From positions 27,156,001-27,220,000 of the forward strand of contig NC_134479.1 of the NCBI RefSeq assembly GCF_964194025.1: a DNA stretch of 64,000 bases, read 5' to 3'. Position 1 is the stretch's first letter. Each line of letters begins with the position of its first letter. Position numbers and translations under genes: made by a program. Source of the DNA: Convolutriloba macropyga (Eukaryota). Positions 1 through 13,871 of the stretch are shown piece by piece. The notes below the pieces were generated by a model, which was not told where the DNA came from, made no database searches, and worked only from the letters and a program-made list of their open reading frames with translations.

Positions 1-710
1 GGTTTGCTTTGCGAGTTGATATCCTGGGGTTCTGAAGCCATATCGAGAAACTCGTTGGTTTTTCTATTTGTGTTTGAATTTGATTGCTCTGCAAGTTGAT
101 TAGTTCTTGATTATTATTTTCCAAATTTTTAATTTTCACCTCAATTGAGCGTTCTGTTGGTACCTGATGATCGCGTACTCAAGTTTGAAACTTGATCCAT
201 GGGTAATGTTTGCGATGAAATTATAGTGTTTGGGTTACTTTCTACCGCATTTTGGTTAAGGATAATTTGTTTGAAATGTCCTGTCATTTGTATTGCGCGC
301 TCTGGTGAAACTGTCGTCTTTTTGGTGTTCTCGTCCAAAATCGCAGTTCCTCGTGTTAGAATTAAATTCATCTGCATTTAATTCTTAATTTATTTCTTGT
401 CTAGTTTACAGTTTTCTGCAAGTTTTCTGCAAATAAAACCAATTAAATCGTTAATTGACTCGCCTTTTTCTTGTTTGCGGCGTTGCGAATTGGTCAACTG
501 TAAGGATTTTTTGTCTGATAAATCTTCCTTTCATCAGGTTCCAGCGATCCGTTATTTTTTGTTTTCAATGGTCTCATATTGGTCCTGTCTGTGCAGTTGT
601 TTGCGGCTTTCTTTTTGATGCTGAGAATTAGTAGTGAACATGCATTTCAATCTGCATCATTCCCAGACTTTTCCCCACACATTACCACCATTTTTATTGT
701 TCTCTGACAT
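1..710 (-). pseudogene. Decayed Ty3/gypsy-like retrotransposon gag fragment
   Basis: Minus-strand translation near 400-490 gives RRKQEKGESINDLIGFICRKLAENCKLDK, resembling the R-x-Q-x-x-GES...LR-x-LA-x-x-C motif of gypsy Gag. Stops and frameshifts are present; the fragment runs off the window edge. Confidence 0.55.
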
Positions 711-837
711 CTGTTTTCTCAATTTGTTCTTTGTGCTTGCTTCGAGTTTAAATGTTGTAGTAATGGTTCTAGTAATGGTTTTTCGAAAATTGGCACGTTT
801 GGAAGTACCACTTCTTTAGGTGCTAGGTCCAGAAGTA

Positions 838-1325
838 TGTCGAGGTCAATGTTTTTTTGCTAATAACGCGACACTCGTATTCGAACGCCGTTTTTCCCAA
901 AAGATTGGAGGTTTGGTTCCTGAGATTGTCCTTCAAAGAATGGGTTAAAGCGCAGCGCTGTTCTTGTGCTTTCGTTCGCTGACAGCGCCCTGTCATAAAG
1001 TAAAATACAGGTACTCGGTGAGTGTGTTCATCTACGTGCAATTTATTACAGACAGGAAGAAAAGAGCAAAATTTACACTAAGTTAATCTCCACCGTTTTA
1101 TTTGAGAACTTAAAAGAGACTGAACAAAGTTCAGACATTAGAATGCCTAGACAGACAACCGGCAATCGGTTCGTAGCAAGGTTTTACGTTCATAGCAAGA
1201 GATTAGAGGTCAACGTACACTGAAAGATCGTTAGTATAAACCCGATAGGTTGGAACAAAGGAAAAACCATTTGATGACGCGATTGTCGGATACTCAACGT
1301 TACCGATATGATTCGGTGCACAACA
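838..1325 (-). mobile_element. Putative 5' LTR of the gypsy-like element
   Basis: On the minus strand it begins TGTTG and ends CGACA (imperfect TG...CA inverted termini), has an internal AATAAA near 1096, and lies just upstream of the gag-like frame. A TGG-starting PBS candidate follows but could not be matched to a tRNA. Confidence 0.4.
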
Positions 1326-4300
1326 GAAGGCTAGGAGAAAGTTCGCTTAATCGCCTCCCTTCCCCGTTTAAAAGTGATGAAATTTTGCAAGATAATCGCT
1401 GAATATTTGAAAAAAGTCTATAGAAGATGTGAAGATTTGGCGCTGATTGAATCTTGTTGAAGCGCAAAATTTATTCAAAAAATGCGCTTCCAATAAAAAA
1501 TCTTACATCATTATCCATCTATGTGTTAATAAGTGTAGACTTTTTGTAAGAAATGTGCTAGAAAATCAATATATTTTCAATCAATATACTCCAGCAAAGG
1601 TCTCCGCGGACGATTGAGAAAACACTTACAAAGTTTTGCGTTATGTGGCGGTGCCTATTCATGCAAACGTATGTAATCATATGTAATACAAAATTCTCTC
1701 AGGTTGCAATGCAAAACACTCAGGTTTTTTCATTAGTCGCCACACGATTATGTCACGAATTGAAGGCTGTAGTTGAGAAATAAACTTTTGAAAAGACTAA
1801 GGACGAACGGTATTGACTATGAAAAGACTGCGGGTCGATGGATGACAAGACTTTGGGTCGAAGTAATTCGTGGTCTTGACGTTGTTATTTGTCCCAGGAG
1901 AAATTCCCCCCCCAACATCAGTTTATGAGTAGTATCTTTGTGTGGTCGGACTTCGGAACGGAGGGGAAGGGAGGGGATAGAGGGGAGGGAACGGGAGGCA
2001 GCGGGGCGGGCACTAGAGGGAACCCAAATTGGGCTCGAAGAATAAAAAGCAGCTGATTAATATCTCTAAACAATTGGAATCTCAAAAATCATTTCCAACC
2101 TATAGGATCTGATGCGAGATCGGCTTGGAGATAGAACCAGTTGAGACTTTTGTAGTATTGATTCGCCAGCTCCCACATGGTGAAGTAGTCCGAAGGCTAG
2201 AGACCCGGATCATTCAATATTCGCCAAAAGCCAGATATTTGAGTAATTCCGCAAAAATTTTGTAATTTGTGACCAGAAAAATTATCCAGTAAGACTCCAT
2301 CAAAACTTGGCAAAACTGCAGACAAAAAAAAGGGGAAACTCAAATTTGGTATCAATTTTGATGAAAAGTTACAAACTACTACCTCACGCCCAAAAAAAGG
2401 AAAAAGTGATTGCTTCTGGTGCAACTCTCATCACGTTTTTGAGCAATGAGGTTTTTGTAATCGCTTCAAGTGACTACCTACCCAATAATACGTTCTGACA
2501 TAAACTTAATTTTTTGCAAATTTGAACGCTTGTGATATTAAAGGTACCTCAAAATGGCATTGAGGTATTTGTTGCTTTAAACTCCAATTTTTAAGTTAAC
2601 AATTTGATACAATTCTTTAGTCATCAAAAACTAAAAAATCGTAGCAGGGCAAGTCCTGAAATACAATTCACAATTCGAAGAATTGAAAGAAAAATTGAGA
2701 AATTAGAACAATCAAACAAACTAAACAAAAGTATAATCAATGCAGAAACTCTTGAAATTTTGACCCCTAAGGCAAAATTTGATCCCTTTAAATACACCTG
2801 TTTCAAAAATACGTTCAAAACCAATTTTGGTCTCTGAAATTGATCCAGTATAATTTCTGCAAGATCTGAAAAAAATTCATTGACCCTTGATTCATTCCGA
2901 TTAACTCGAAAATGACAGAAAAAAATTTTAAAAAATGAATTCAATTGCAACTTTTAATGAAATGATGCTGAAAATCGTGATTAAAATATCTTGAGAATCA
3001 TTTCTGTGTCTTTAGAGGTTATACGGTAACCCAATTCTAAGCCTTAAAAACTTTATTCGCTCACAGATCGATAGGAAATTATTTATAAAAAAAATTCAAA
3101 ATTCAAAAAGTGGAAGTTTTTTCTATTAAAAAGTTGAAATCAATCAAATCGCCATCTAGCATCTATTTGATGACATACTATCAAATCCTAAAAGAGGTAA
3201 CCTTGCTACTGAGGCAAAAAAAAACTGAATAAAAGACAAATGCTTTGAAAAAACTTGAAAATATTGTTTATCTAAAAGTTTTTAAAATTCGAAATGTTAA
3301 ATTGTTGAAAACAAATCGATTGACACTAACAACCAATCCGTAATTATTTTTACCGTGGAATACGTTTTATGTCACTTGAAAATGGACAAATATCAGAACG
3401 GACAAAAGTTTTAGAAAACCTTAAAAAAATTGCAGATTTTATCAAAAAAAAAGCTAAATTTCGAGTCATTAAAAATTTGAAAACCGTTCCATTGTTACTA
3501 GAAATAATGCAGTGTCCTACTATCAGACTTTACAAGAGATTCCTTGGCCACTGAAGCTGGAAAAACTCAAAAAATGACAAAAATTTCAAAGATTGCAAAA
3601 ATTAGTATAATTTTGCGTGTTTGTGTTTGTGGTACCCAAACATATAGATCATAAATTGGTCATAAAAAATAATTTTGTCTCGCACAAAGCCTTCATCAAT
3701 TTTTTAAAACTTCAACCTAAGACTAATCAAACAAAAAACTCAATTTTTAAAAAAAAAACATGAAAATTGCACCAATTTGAGCCCAAAATCTCCTAAAAAT
3801 TACCTTTTAACCTTAAATTAAGTCCATCCCAGTAGCTTAACCACTCTAAGCACTTGAAGAACTACTAAAGCCCTCTTTGGGCCTCTGATGGAACTTCCTT
3901 CCCGCTGGCCATTACCTGTTTATCCCGTTTTGAAAGATCAAAGTCATGGAAAATGTGTGAGCACATCTTAAAAAATAACAGCGCACCAATACAATTCAAA
4001 TTCTTTGAACTGTAAAAAAGACATAAATTTTTGCTAACTTCAAGAGTCAACGCCATTTTTTACTCCTTGTGCAAAAAAAACGAACGCCTGTGTTTCTGCT
4101 TCTTTTCAAAGATGCAGGATACTTCGCATTTTTCTAAACGATACAAAAAACGTAAAGAAAATTTCACTACACTCTTTTTTTTGTGGAAATCAATAAGATG
4201 TCTGCAATTTGTGGGACAAAGACATTTGATGAGCTAACAGTATTTGCAAGTTTATCCTAAATTATTTTCTTATATCAGTTTTTTCACCGAAACCAATTGT

Positions 4301-4839
4301 TCACTACAAAAGTATTAACCTTCGAAATTCAAAATTTGTAATCTATCTTTTGGTCCCTAGAATCATTCGATTAAACAATTGTCGTTTTTGCGTTAAAAAC
4401 AATTATCAGATCTCAGAGTGCAACACAAATTCAAAGCAAGTGTTCTTTTCTTCAAAAACAACATTGGATCTATGATTACATCAACATGATAATATAAATT
4501 TTCACAGAAGAAAAAAAATGCCTTCAAATTCTCTTCGACAGAAGCTGAAAACTAAAATCGTTTTGAGATGAAACCTCTTTCCAATACTACATTTCACTCA
4601 ATGAACTGGAACTTGGTACACCTTGATAAGATAAGCACGATGTTGACACTTTTTGAAAAACTTGAAACACTCTAAAATTTTATTGTACTGAAAAAATTAT
4701 TCTCAATTGTTGTTTAATAAACTAGCGGGAGCTGAATTGTCCGACAATTCTTGATAATTTTTGATAATTTTTTACAATTCGTGGTTAAACATATGCATTC
4801 GTGGTAAAACTTGTTTAAAGATGCGTTTTAATTTTCACA

Positions 4840-5047
4840 ACTTTGTATATCTTGACGATGCTATGGTTATTCTTTGTTGCATATTTTGTCAAGATCTTGT
4901 TTTTCGCCACCGACTGCCATGCAAAGATCTTGCAAGAGTGTACTACTCTTGATATTTTCAAGTTAAGTACCATGTCAAGATCATGATAAGGTTTAGCGAG
5001 ATTTTGTATGTTTCCTGTCAGAGTTTACCAGGATTCAGTTCACTGGG
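4840..5047. mobile_element. Right-end fragment of a CCC/GGG-terminus MITE (caagatcttg/ccatg repeats)
   Basis: Clustered caagatcttg/caagatcatg motifs ending in cagttcactggg; left terminus not identified. Confidence 0.4.
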
Positions 5048-5138
5048 ACACCTTTATTGGAAATAATTACGAAAAAACCATAACATTATAACCCTTTTAA
5101 ACCTTTGATTTCGAATAAAAAGAAATGTTTTTCATTCA

Positions 5139-5867
5139 AAACTTATAATTTTGATCTCTTTCTACATTGAATCACCTTGGCAGTGTGATTGTCATCAGAT
5201 CTACTTATTAAAGCAACAGAGAAGCAAAGCCTATTCCTCATAACATTTTCATCATAGAAAGAGGTCAATGTTTTGTTTCTCTAAACAAATCTCTAACAAT
5301 TTAAGCGCACTTATGTCTCTAAGTGGAGGAGCATACACAAGAAAATTAACTAAGTTTAGTGCTCAGACAGTTTTTTTTTGTTCTGCGGAGAAAATAGTTT
5401 GTTTTTACGTCGTGTTAGCATAACACTCAAATTAAAATTATTCATTTCATTGTACGCAATTAAGGTAACATATGCTACAGGTTAAAACAACTTCAGGTAA
5501 CTAACCTGCGGCATATGTTACCTTAATTGCGGACAATGAAAGGAAAAATTTTTATTTGAGTTTTTTAACACTTGACGTAAAAACAAACTATTTTCTCCTG
5601 AAAACAAAAAAAAACAGTCTGAGCACTTAACTTAGTTAAGCTTCCAGTGTTTGCTCTTCTACTAAGAAACATAAGTGCGCATAAATTGTTAGAGATTTGC
5701 AACAACATTCTCCTTACTTGGAGAAGAAACAAAACATTGACCTCTTTCTATGAACGAAAATGTTACGAGGAATCGGGTTTGCTTCTCTGTTGCTTTCATG
5801 AGTAGATCTGATGACAATCATACTGCCAAGGTGAATCAATGTAGAAAAAGATCAAATTTATAAGTTT
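5139..5867. repeat. Long imperfect palindrome (foldback), about 350-bp arms, about 17-bp spacer
   Basis: gcaattaaggtaacatatgctacaggtta (about 5456-5484) pairs with taacctgcggcatatgttaccttaattgc (5502-5530); pairing continues out to aaacttataa (5139) / ttataagttt (5867). Confidence 0.95.
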
Positions 5868-7264
5868 CAGTAATTTCCTCATTGAATAGGAGATGCAAGT
5901 ACTGGAATCACGAATTAGTCAGATCTGAGATCAATTGGTCGTTTACAGATAATTTGAGGAAAGAAATACGAAAACGGACAATCCATTGCGAATGATTTGA
6001 ATGAAAGGTATCGGAATTTTGACGCAGAAGTTCTCGAAAATTCGAATGAAAACAATACAAATCACCCGCTAGATGCTTAAAAAGCGAAAAGTAATTACTA
6101 GAACTCCAACCATTTCTGCATACAATTGAATTTAAGATCATGATGTGCACAGAGGAGTTTCAATAAGTCTTTCTCGAAATGAAAAATTAACAGTCATATT
6201 TTAACCATCATATTGTGCCAATTTCAATATTTTTTAACATTTGCTGCAAAATTTATTAAAAGGCTTCTTCTCAGAATGACCCGGGATGTTCTGTTCTTCT
6301 GGCGCTCTCCACTCCAATAAGAAAGACAGTAGTAGTTGCTAAAACGCACATACTACGAATGACCCTATTGAACCAATAAATTGATTGGATTTGTAATTAT
6401 GTCTGATTTAGCTCTCCTTTCTCATGTCCGGCATAAAATAATTTTTTGTAAAATTGTCTAGTTGAAAATACGCTTTCTAAACGCACGACAAATTTTTCTC
6501 ACGTTTTTCTGTTACTTTACCCACAAGTCTCTTCAACCATGAACTGTCTTTGTTTCAACTTCTGATAACAAAAGCGTGGGCTTGTGAAAAAAGTTTGTCC
6601 TTTTTTAGAGGTTTTAGTGGTAGAATAAAGCTCTCGGCTCGTGTTGGTAGAATAATTGTCTCGTGTCAAAAATCTTTTGATTGTATTTAACAAAGTTGCA
6701 ATACATTAACAAATTGAATGAGAAAATCAGATTTGACAGGAATTAGATGAGATAGTCTTTTGGGCACGTTTGTGCTCTTTTTGAATGTTTTTTGTACTTC
6801 TAGTGCTTCTCTCGGTTTTTTCCAACAAATTAACTTATTCTAAAAAATATCACTTGATTGAGCCAGGTTTTAAAAAAACAATTGTTGTTAGACCTGGTGA
6901 AAATCTAGAAGATGGAAATTGGGCTTGCGAGACTTTTTCAAGAATCTGTCAAAATTGAGCAAAATTAAGTTTTTAACTTGTTTTTGACTTGGATTTAATT
7001 TCTAATTCCACTGAAAGTAAATAAGTATGATCGTAATTTGTGTTAGGAATATTCAATGGAACAGTGAAAAAATTTACTTATTTAACCGTAAGTAAGTGGT
7101 TTTTCAAACTCAAACTTTTTTGAAATTTTCTCCTAAAATAGACGCAATTGTAACGCGGACATAACTAGCGAAAAAGGACCGTTTAAAATGGCCAGCCCTA
7201 ATTAATTCAATTTTGATCAACTTGTCAGACTTAGTCCATTTTAGATCGTGAAACATGTACTGAT

Positions 7265-10200
7265 ATTTGCTTACTTCGATTTACTATAGAATACATCAGA
7301 AATGTAAAATTGAACTTAAAAATGTTGAACGATGTGAATTCAAGTAAGATCTACATGGAATTGGAACTAGAAACCTCAATTGTCAAAATGTATACCATCT
7401 TGTGAATTTTGCGGGATATAAGCCAATCTTAACTTAAAGAGAAAAATAAATGTAAAGCAAATAAAATTCTCTTCAACAAACTTTTTTGCACGTATCATAG
7501 TAGCTTTGTAAGAAACGTCGGGTCTTCTTGTTTCCTAAATTATGTTTTTTTGTCATGCGAAAAGCTGCAACCATTAACAAACTTATCTTTCCATCAGAAA
7601 GATACATAGTTTTAAAGGGAATTGTTTCGAGGGTTGTTTTTTTAGTTTTCAATGCAAACTGAGGCAAGTGGGAAGGAAAGGGAAAAGAATATTTCCGATT
7701 CAGAGTCGATGCATTTTTCATGATTTGTTTCGGAATTAGTTTTAATATCGCCAAACTAAACTAGCACAATCTTTCACAAATACCGAAACAGCAACCGAAT
7801 TGAACGGAAGGACTGAATCAGTACTGATTCAGTGAGATTGCATGTCTTGGATCAGTGCTGTGTCAGAGGTATCATGCATCCGTATGGGTGCTCTATATTG
7901 CCATTAATCAGATGTTGCACGTCTTGATTCAATTCTTATGTTTTGACCAAATTACGGCCAACATTTGACAGGTCATCACCGGGATTGGCCAAAAACTAAA
8001 CAAGTCTTCAGTAACTCTTGACCAAGGATTAACAAGTCTTGGCTCAAGTCTCGATCAAGACTTGACACTACTTAAGCCGATTCATGGGTACAAAGCTAAG
8101 TGTTGTTTTTCTTTTGTTTCGTAACAAAGAACAGTACAGTAGGTTTTGCTTAATTCGAATTACTCTAGACTACTTCAGAAAAATAAAATTGAACTTAGAA
8201 AGGTTGAAGAAAGTGAATCCAAGTAATATCAAGGTGGAATTGGAACTAGAAACCTCCATTGTCAAATTTTTTATCATCTTGTGAATTTTGCGGGATATAA
8301 GCCAAACTTAACTTAAAGAGAAAAATAAATGTAAAGCAAATCAAATTCTCCTCATTAAACTTTTTGCACGTATCATAGTAGATTTGTAAGAAATGTCGTG
8401 TCTTCGTGTTTCCTAAATTATGTTTTTTGTCATGCGAAATGATGCACTCAATAACACCCTTATCTTTCAATCAGAATGATACATAGTTTTAAAGCGAATT
8501 GTTTCGTGGGTTGTTTTTTTTTATTTTTAATGCAAACTGAGGCGAGTGGGAGGTAAAGGGAAAAGAATATTTCCGATTCATAGTCGATGCATTTTTCATG
8601 ATTTTTTTCGGAAATAGTTGTAATATCGCCAAATTAAATTAGCACATTTTTTCATAAATACCGAAAAGACAACCGAATTGAACGGAAGGAATCAATCAGT
8701 ACTGATTCAAAAAAATTGCATGTCTTGGATCAGTGCGGTGTCAGAGGTATCATGCATCCGTATGGGTGCTGTATATTGCCATTAATCAGATCTTGCACGT
8801 CTTGATTCAATTCTTATGTTTTGACCAAATTACGGCCTACATTTGACAGGTCATCACCGGGATTGGCTAAAGACTAAACAAGTCTTCAGTAACTTTTGAG
8901 CAAGGATTAACAAGTCTTATCTCAAGTCTCGATCAAGACTTGACACTTCTTGAGCCGATTCATTGGTACAAAGCTAAGTTTTGTTTTTCTTTCGTTTCGT
9001 AACAAAGAAGAGTACAGTGGGTTTTGCTTAATTCAAACTACTCTAGACTACTTCAGAAAAGTAAAATTGATCTTAGAAAGGTTGAAAAAATTGAATTCAA
9101 GAAAAAACGAGGTGGAATTTGAACTAGAAACTTCAATTGTCAAACTTTTTATCATCTTTTGAGTTTTGCGGGATTTAAGACAGCCTTAACTTAAAGATAA
9201 AAATAAATGTAATTCAAATAAAATTCTCCTCATTGAATTTTTTCACGTATCGTAGTAGATTTGGAGGAAATTTTGTGTCTTCGTGGTTCCTAAATTATGT
9301 TTTTTGTCATGCGAAATGATGCACTCAATAACACCCTTATGTTTCCATCAGAAAGATACATAGTTTTAAGGGGGAATTGTTTCGAGGGTTGTTTTTTAAT
9401 TTTTAATGCAAACTAAGGCGAGTGGGAAGTAAAGGGAAAAGAATATTTCCGATTCATAGCCGATGCGTTTTTCATGATTTGTTTCGGAAATAGTTGTAAT
9501 ATCGCCAAACTAATTTAGCACAATTTTTCATAAATACCGAAACGACAACCGAATTGAACGGAAGGAATCAATCAGTACTGATTCAAAACAATTGCATGTC
9601 TTGGATCAGTGCTGTGTCAGAGTTATCATGCATCCGTATGGGTGCTGTATATTGCCATTAATCAGATCTTGCACGTCTTGATTCAATTCTTATGTTTTGA
9701 CCAAATTACGGCCAACATTTGACAGGTCATCACCGGGATTGGCCAAAAACTAAACAAGTCTTCAGTAACTCTTGACCAAGGATTAACAAGTTTTGACTCA
9801 AGTCTCGATCAAGACTTGACACTTCTTGAGCCGATTCATGGGTAGAAAGCTAAGTGTTGTTTTTCTTTCGTTTCCTAACAAAGAACAGTACAGTGGGTTT
9901 TGCTTAATTTAAATTACTCTAGACTACTTCAGAAAAGTTAAACTGAACTAAGAAAGGTTGAAAAAAGTGAATCCAATTAAAATCGAGGTGGAATTGGAAC
10001 TAGAAACCTCAATTTTCAAACTTTTTATCATCTTGTGAATTTTGCGGGATATAAGCCAACCTTTACTTAAAGAGAAAAATAAATGTAATGCAAATAAAAT
10101 TCTCTTCAACAAACTTTTTGCACGTATCATAGTAGCTTTGTTAGAAACGTCGGGTCTTCTTGTTTCCTAAATTATGTTTTTTTGTCATGCGAAAAGCTGC

Positions 10201-12508
10201 AACCATTAACAACCTTATCTTTCCATCAGAAAGATACATAGTTTTAAAGGGAATTGTTTCGAGGGTTGTTTTTTTAGTTTTCAATGCAAACTGAGGCAAG
10301 TGGGAAGGAAAGGGAAACGAACATTTCCGATTCGGAGTCGATGCATTTTTCATGATTTGTTTCGGAATTAGTTTTAATATCGCCAAACTAAATTAGCACA
10401 ATCTTTCACAAATACCGAAACAGCAACCGAATTGAACGGAAGGACTGAATCAGTACTGATTCAGTGAGATTGCATGTCTGGGCTCAATGCTGTGTCAGAG
10501 GTATCATGCATCCGTTTGGGTGCTCTATTTTGCCATTAATCAGATGTTGCACGTCATGATTCAATTCTTATGTTTTGACCAAATTACGGCCAACCTTTGA
10601 CAGGCCATCACCAATATTGGCTAAATACTAAACAAGCCTTCAGTAACTCTTGACCAAGGATTAACAAGTCTTGACTCAAGTCTCGATCAAGATTTGGCAC
10701 TACTTAAGCCGATTCATGGGTACAAAGCTATGTGTCGTTTTTCTTTTGTTTCGTAACAAAGAACCGTACAGTGGGTTTTGCTTATTTCAAATTACTCTAG
10801 ACTACTTCAGAAAAGTAAAATTGAACTTAGAAAGGTTGAAAAAAGTGAATCCAAGTAAAATCGAGGTGGAATTGGAATTAGAAACCTCAATTGTCAGACT
10901 TTTTATCATCTTGTGAATTTTGCGGGATATAAGCCAAACTTAACTTAAAGAGAAAAATAAATGTAATGCAAATAAAATTCTCCTCATTAAACTTTTTGCA
11001 CGTATCATAGTAGATCTGTAAGAAATGTCGTGTCTTCGTGTTTCCTAAATTATGTTTTTTGTCATGCGAAATGATGCACTCAATAACACCCTTATCTTTC
11101 CATCAGAATTATACATAGTTTCAAAGGGAATTGTTTCGAGGGTTGTTTTTTTTTAATTTTTAATGCAAACTGAGGCGAGTGGGAGGTAAAGGGAAAAGAA
11201 TATTTCCGATTCATAGTCGATGCATTTTTCATGATTTGTTTCGGAAATAGTTGTAATATCGCCAAACTAAATTAGCACAATTTTTCATAAATCCCGAAAC
11301 GACAACCGAATTGAACGGAAGGAATCAATCAGTACTGATTCAAAACAATTGCATGTCTTGGATCAGTGCTGTGTCAGAGGTATCATGCATCCGTATGGGT
11401 GCTGTTTTTTTGCCATTAATCAGATATTGCTCGTCTTGATTCAATTCTTATGTTTTGACCAAATTACGGCCTACATTTGACAGGTCATCACCGGGATTGG
11501 CTAAAGACTAAACAAGTCTTCAGTAACTCTTGAGCAGGGATTAACAAGTCTTATCTCAAGTCTCGATCAAGACTTGACACTTCTTGAGCCGGTTCATGGG
11601 TACAAAGCTAAGTGTTGTTTTTCTTTCGTTTCGTAACAAAGAACAGTAGAGTGGGTTTTGCTTAATTCAAATTACTCTAGATTACTTCAGAAAATTAAAA
11701 CTGAACTTAGAAAGGTTGAAAAAAGTGAATCCCATTAAAATCGAGTTGAAATTGGAAATAGAAACCTCAATTGTCAAACTTTTTATCATCGTGTGAAATT
11801 TGCGGGATATAATCCAACCTTAACTTTAAGAGAAAAATAAATAAAATGCAAATAAAATTTTCCTCATTAAAATTTTTGCACGTATAGTAATAGATTTGTA
11901 AGAAATGTCGTGTCTTCGTGTTATGTTTTTTGTCATGCGAAATGATGCACTCAATAACACTCTTATCTTTCCATCAGAAAGATACATAGTTTTAAAGGGA
12001 ATTGTTTCGAGGGATTTATTTTTAAATTTTAATGCAAACTGAGCCGAGTGGGAAGGAAAGGAAAATGAATATTTCCGATTCATTGTCGATGCAATTTTCA
12101 TGATTTGTTTCGGAATTAGTTTTAATATTGCCAAACTAAACTAGCACAATTTTTCATAAATTCCGAAACAACAACCGAATTGAACGGAGGGAATCAATCA
12201 GTACTGATTCAAAACAATTGCATGTCTTGGATCAGTGCTGTGTCGGAGGTATGATGCATCCGTATGGGTGTTGTATATTGCCCTTAATCAGATGTTGCAC
12301 GTCTTGATTCAAATCTTATGTTTTGAGCAAAAAACTGTCAACACTTGACAACTCATCGCAGGGAATGTCTAAAGACTAAACACGTCTTCAGTAACTGTTG
12401 ACCAAGGCTTAACAAGTCTTGTGTCAAGTCTGGATTAAGACTTGACACTTCTTGAGCCGATTCATGGGTACAAAGTTAAGTGTTATTTTTATTTCGCTTC
12501 GTAACAAA
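7265..12508. repeat. Tandem array of about 877-bp units, about 6 copies
   Basis: Anchor aaattgaacttagaaaggttga recurs at about 7308, 8186, 9064, 9941, 10818, 11698; near-identical spurious ORFs recur with the same period. Confidence 0.95.
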
Positions 12509-12692
12509 AGAATAATTCCGCCATGTGAAACGACGTGCTTTCAGAAAATGAAAATAGAAGCACAAGAAGAGCGAGCACATTTTTACAAATTTCACTTTGC
12601 AAAAATTGTAAAACTTTCTGCTATTGTCTATGTATAACAGCCACGGCAACTTCATTTTGCCAATGGTGAAAATATAGGACATTTTGGGCTCT

Positions 12693-13639
12693 CCCTAGTG
12701 GAGACCAAATGGCTATCTTGCAAGAATCTGCGAGATTCTGATAGATAGATGGTTATCTTCCAGAATCTGGCAGAATAATGATTATCTTACAAGACTCTTC
12801 CAGAAAAACGGTTTATCTGAAAGAGTATGCCCTAAAAATCTGGCAGAATCTGGCAAGAATCCGACAGATATGGTTATCGTTATCTTGCAGGCTTCTGTTT
12901 AGCATGTAAGAGTTCATTCCGGTTCAGCTGCATTTTAATTGGTTAATAATAAAGAATCTGTCTTGTCGATCTTATAAAAAAACACAAAAAATTTTGAAAA
13001 TGTTTTTAACAAAGATTGATAAAAAATAATAGATATGATAGTTTACTGAGTTAAATTTCCAAAATTTTCATTTGTTTGTTTTTCTCGTAGAGTACATGAC
13101 ATATATTTTGTGCTTCAATGAAATACTAAATAAATTCAACAAATGCATTTTCTTATTGAATCTGTTTTTCAAAAATTTTGATTATTTATTGCGAGAATAC
13201 ATTACAAGCTCAATTAGCGTTATATTGTTGCACAGTTAACTTACTTAAAAGAATTCCCAGAGAAGAATCAGAGTTTAAGGTATTCCCAGATTACAGGATT
13301 CCCACATTTGAAGGTTTTTATATTACAGTTTTTTTACGAGAAAAAAATCGTTATCTTTTGTTTATCTGACAGAAAATAGTTATCTTGCAAGACCCATGCG
13401 CAAAAATGGGTATCCTTGTAGGAATCTGGCAGAAAAAATTTATCTTGTAGGAACCTGGCAGAAACATGGTTATTTTTTAGGAATCTGGCAGAAAAATTGT
13501 TAACTTTTAGGAATCTGGTAGAAAAATGGGTATCTTGTAGGAATCTGCCAGAAATCTCTGACAGAAGATGCATCGTCTTGTCAGAATCTGCCCTTATCTG
13601 GCAGATTCCTACAAGATAACCATCTGTTCTCAACTAGGG
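12693..13639. mobile_element. Non-autonomous CMC/CACTA-like DNA transposon (CCCTAGT family, gttatcttg/gaatctggcag subterminal repeats)
   Basis: Termini ccctagtggaga / tctcaactaggg, 2-bp TSD CT, arrays of about 30-bp subterminal repeats at both ends, AT-rich core. Confidence 0.85.
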
Positions 13640-13871
13640 CTGCCAGATGATCATTTCAGCGATATCTCTGTCAGAATATCAAATGCTATTGAAAATTCTG
13701 ACCAGATTTAGGTAATTTTGAGATGCACACATCAGAAACAATGCTTTTCACAACTTTACTTTGCTGATTAACTGAGCAAAAATATATCATTGGCCAACAC
13801 TTTAACTCAAGAATTTTCGAGTCTTAGCCAACACTTGACTAAATTGACGATTTTTGAGCAAAACTTGCCAT

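Noticed and set aside
1960-2010. G-rich tract as a regulatory G-quadruplex (also poly-G at about 15127 and 28219)
   Set aside because: Low-complexity sequence with no supporting context.
7473-12637. Repeated 60-100 aa ORFs as a tandem peptide gene family
   Set aside because: ORF lengths and stops vary at random between satellite units on both strands; no recognisable motifs.
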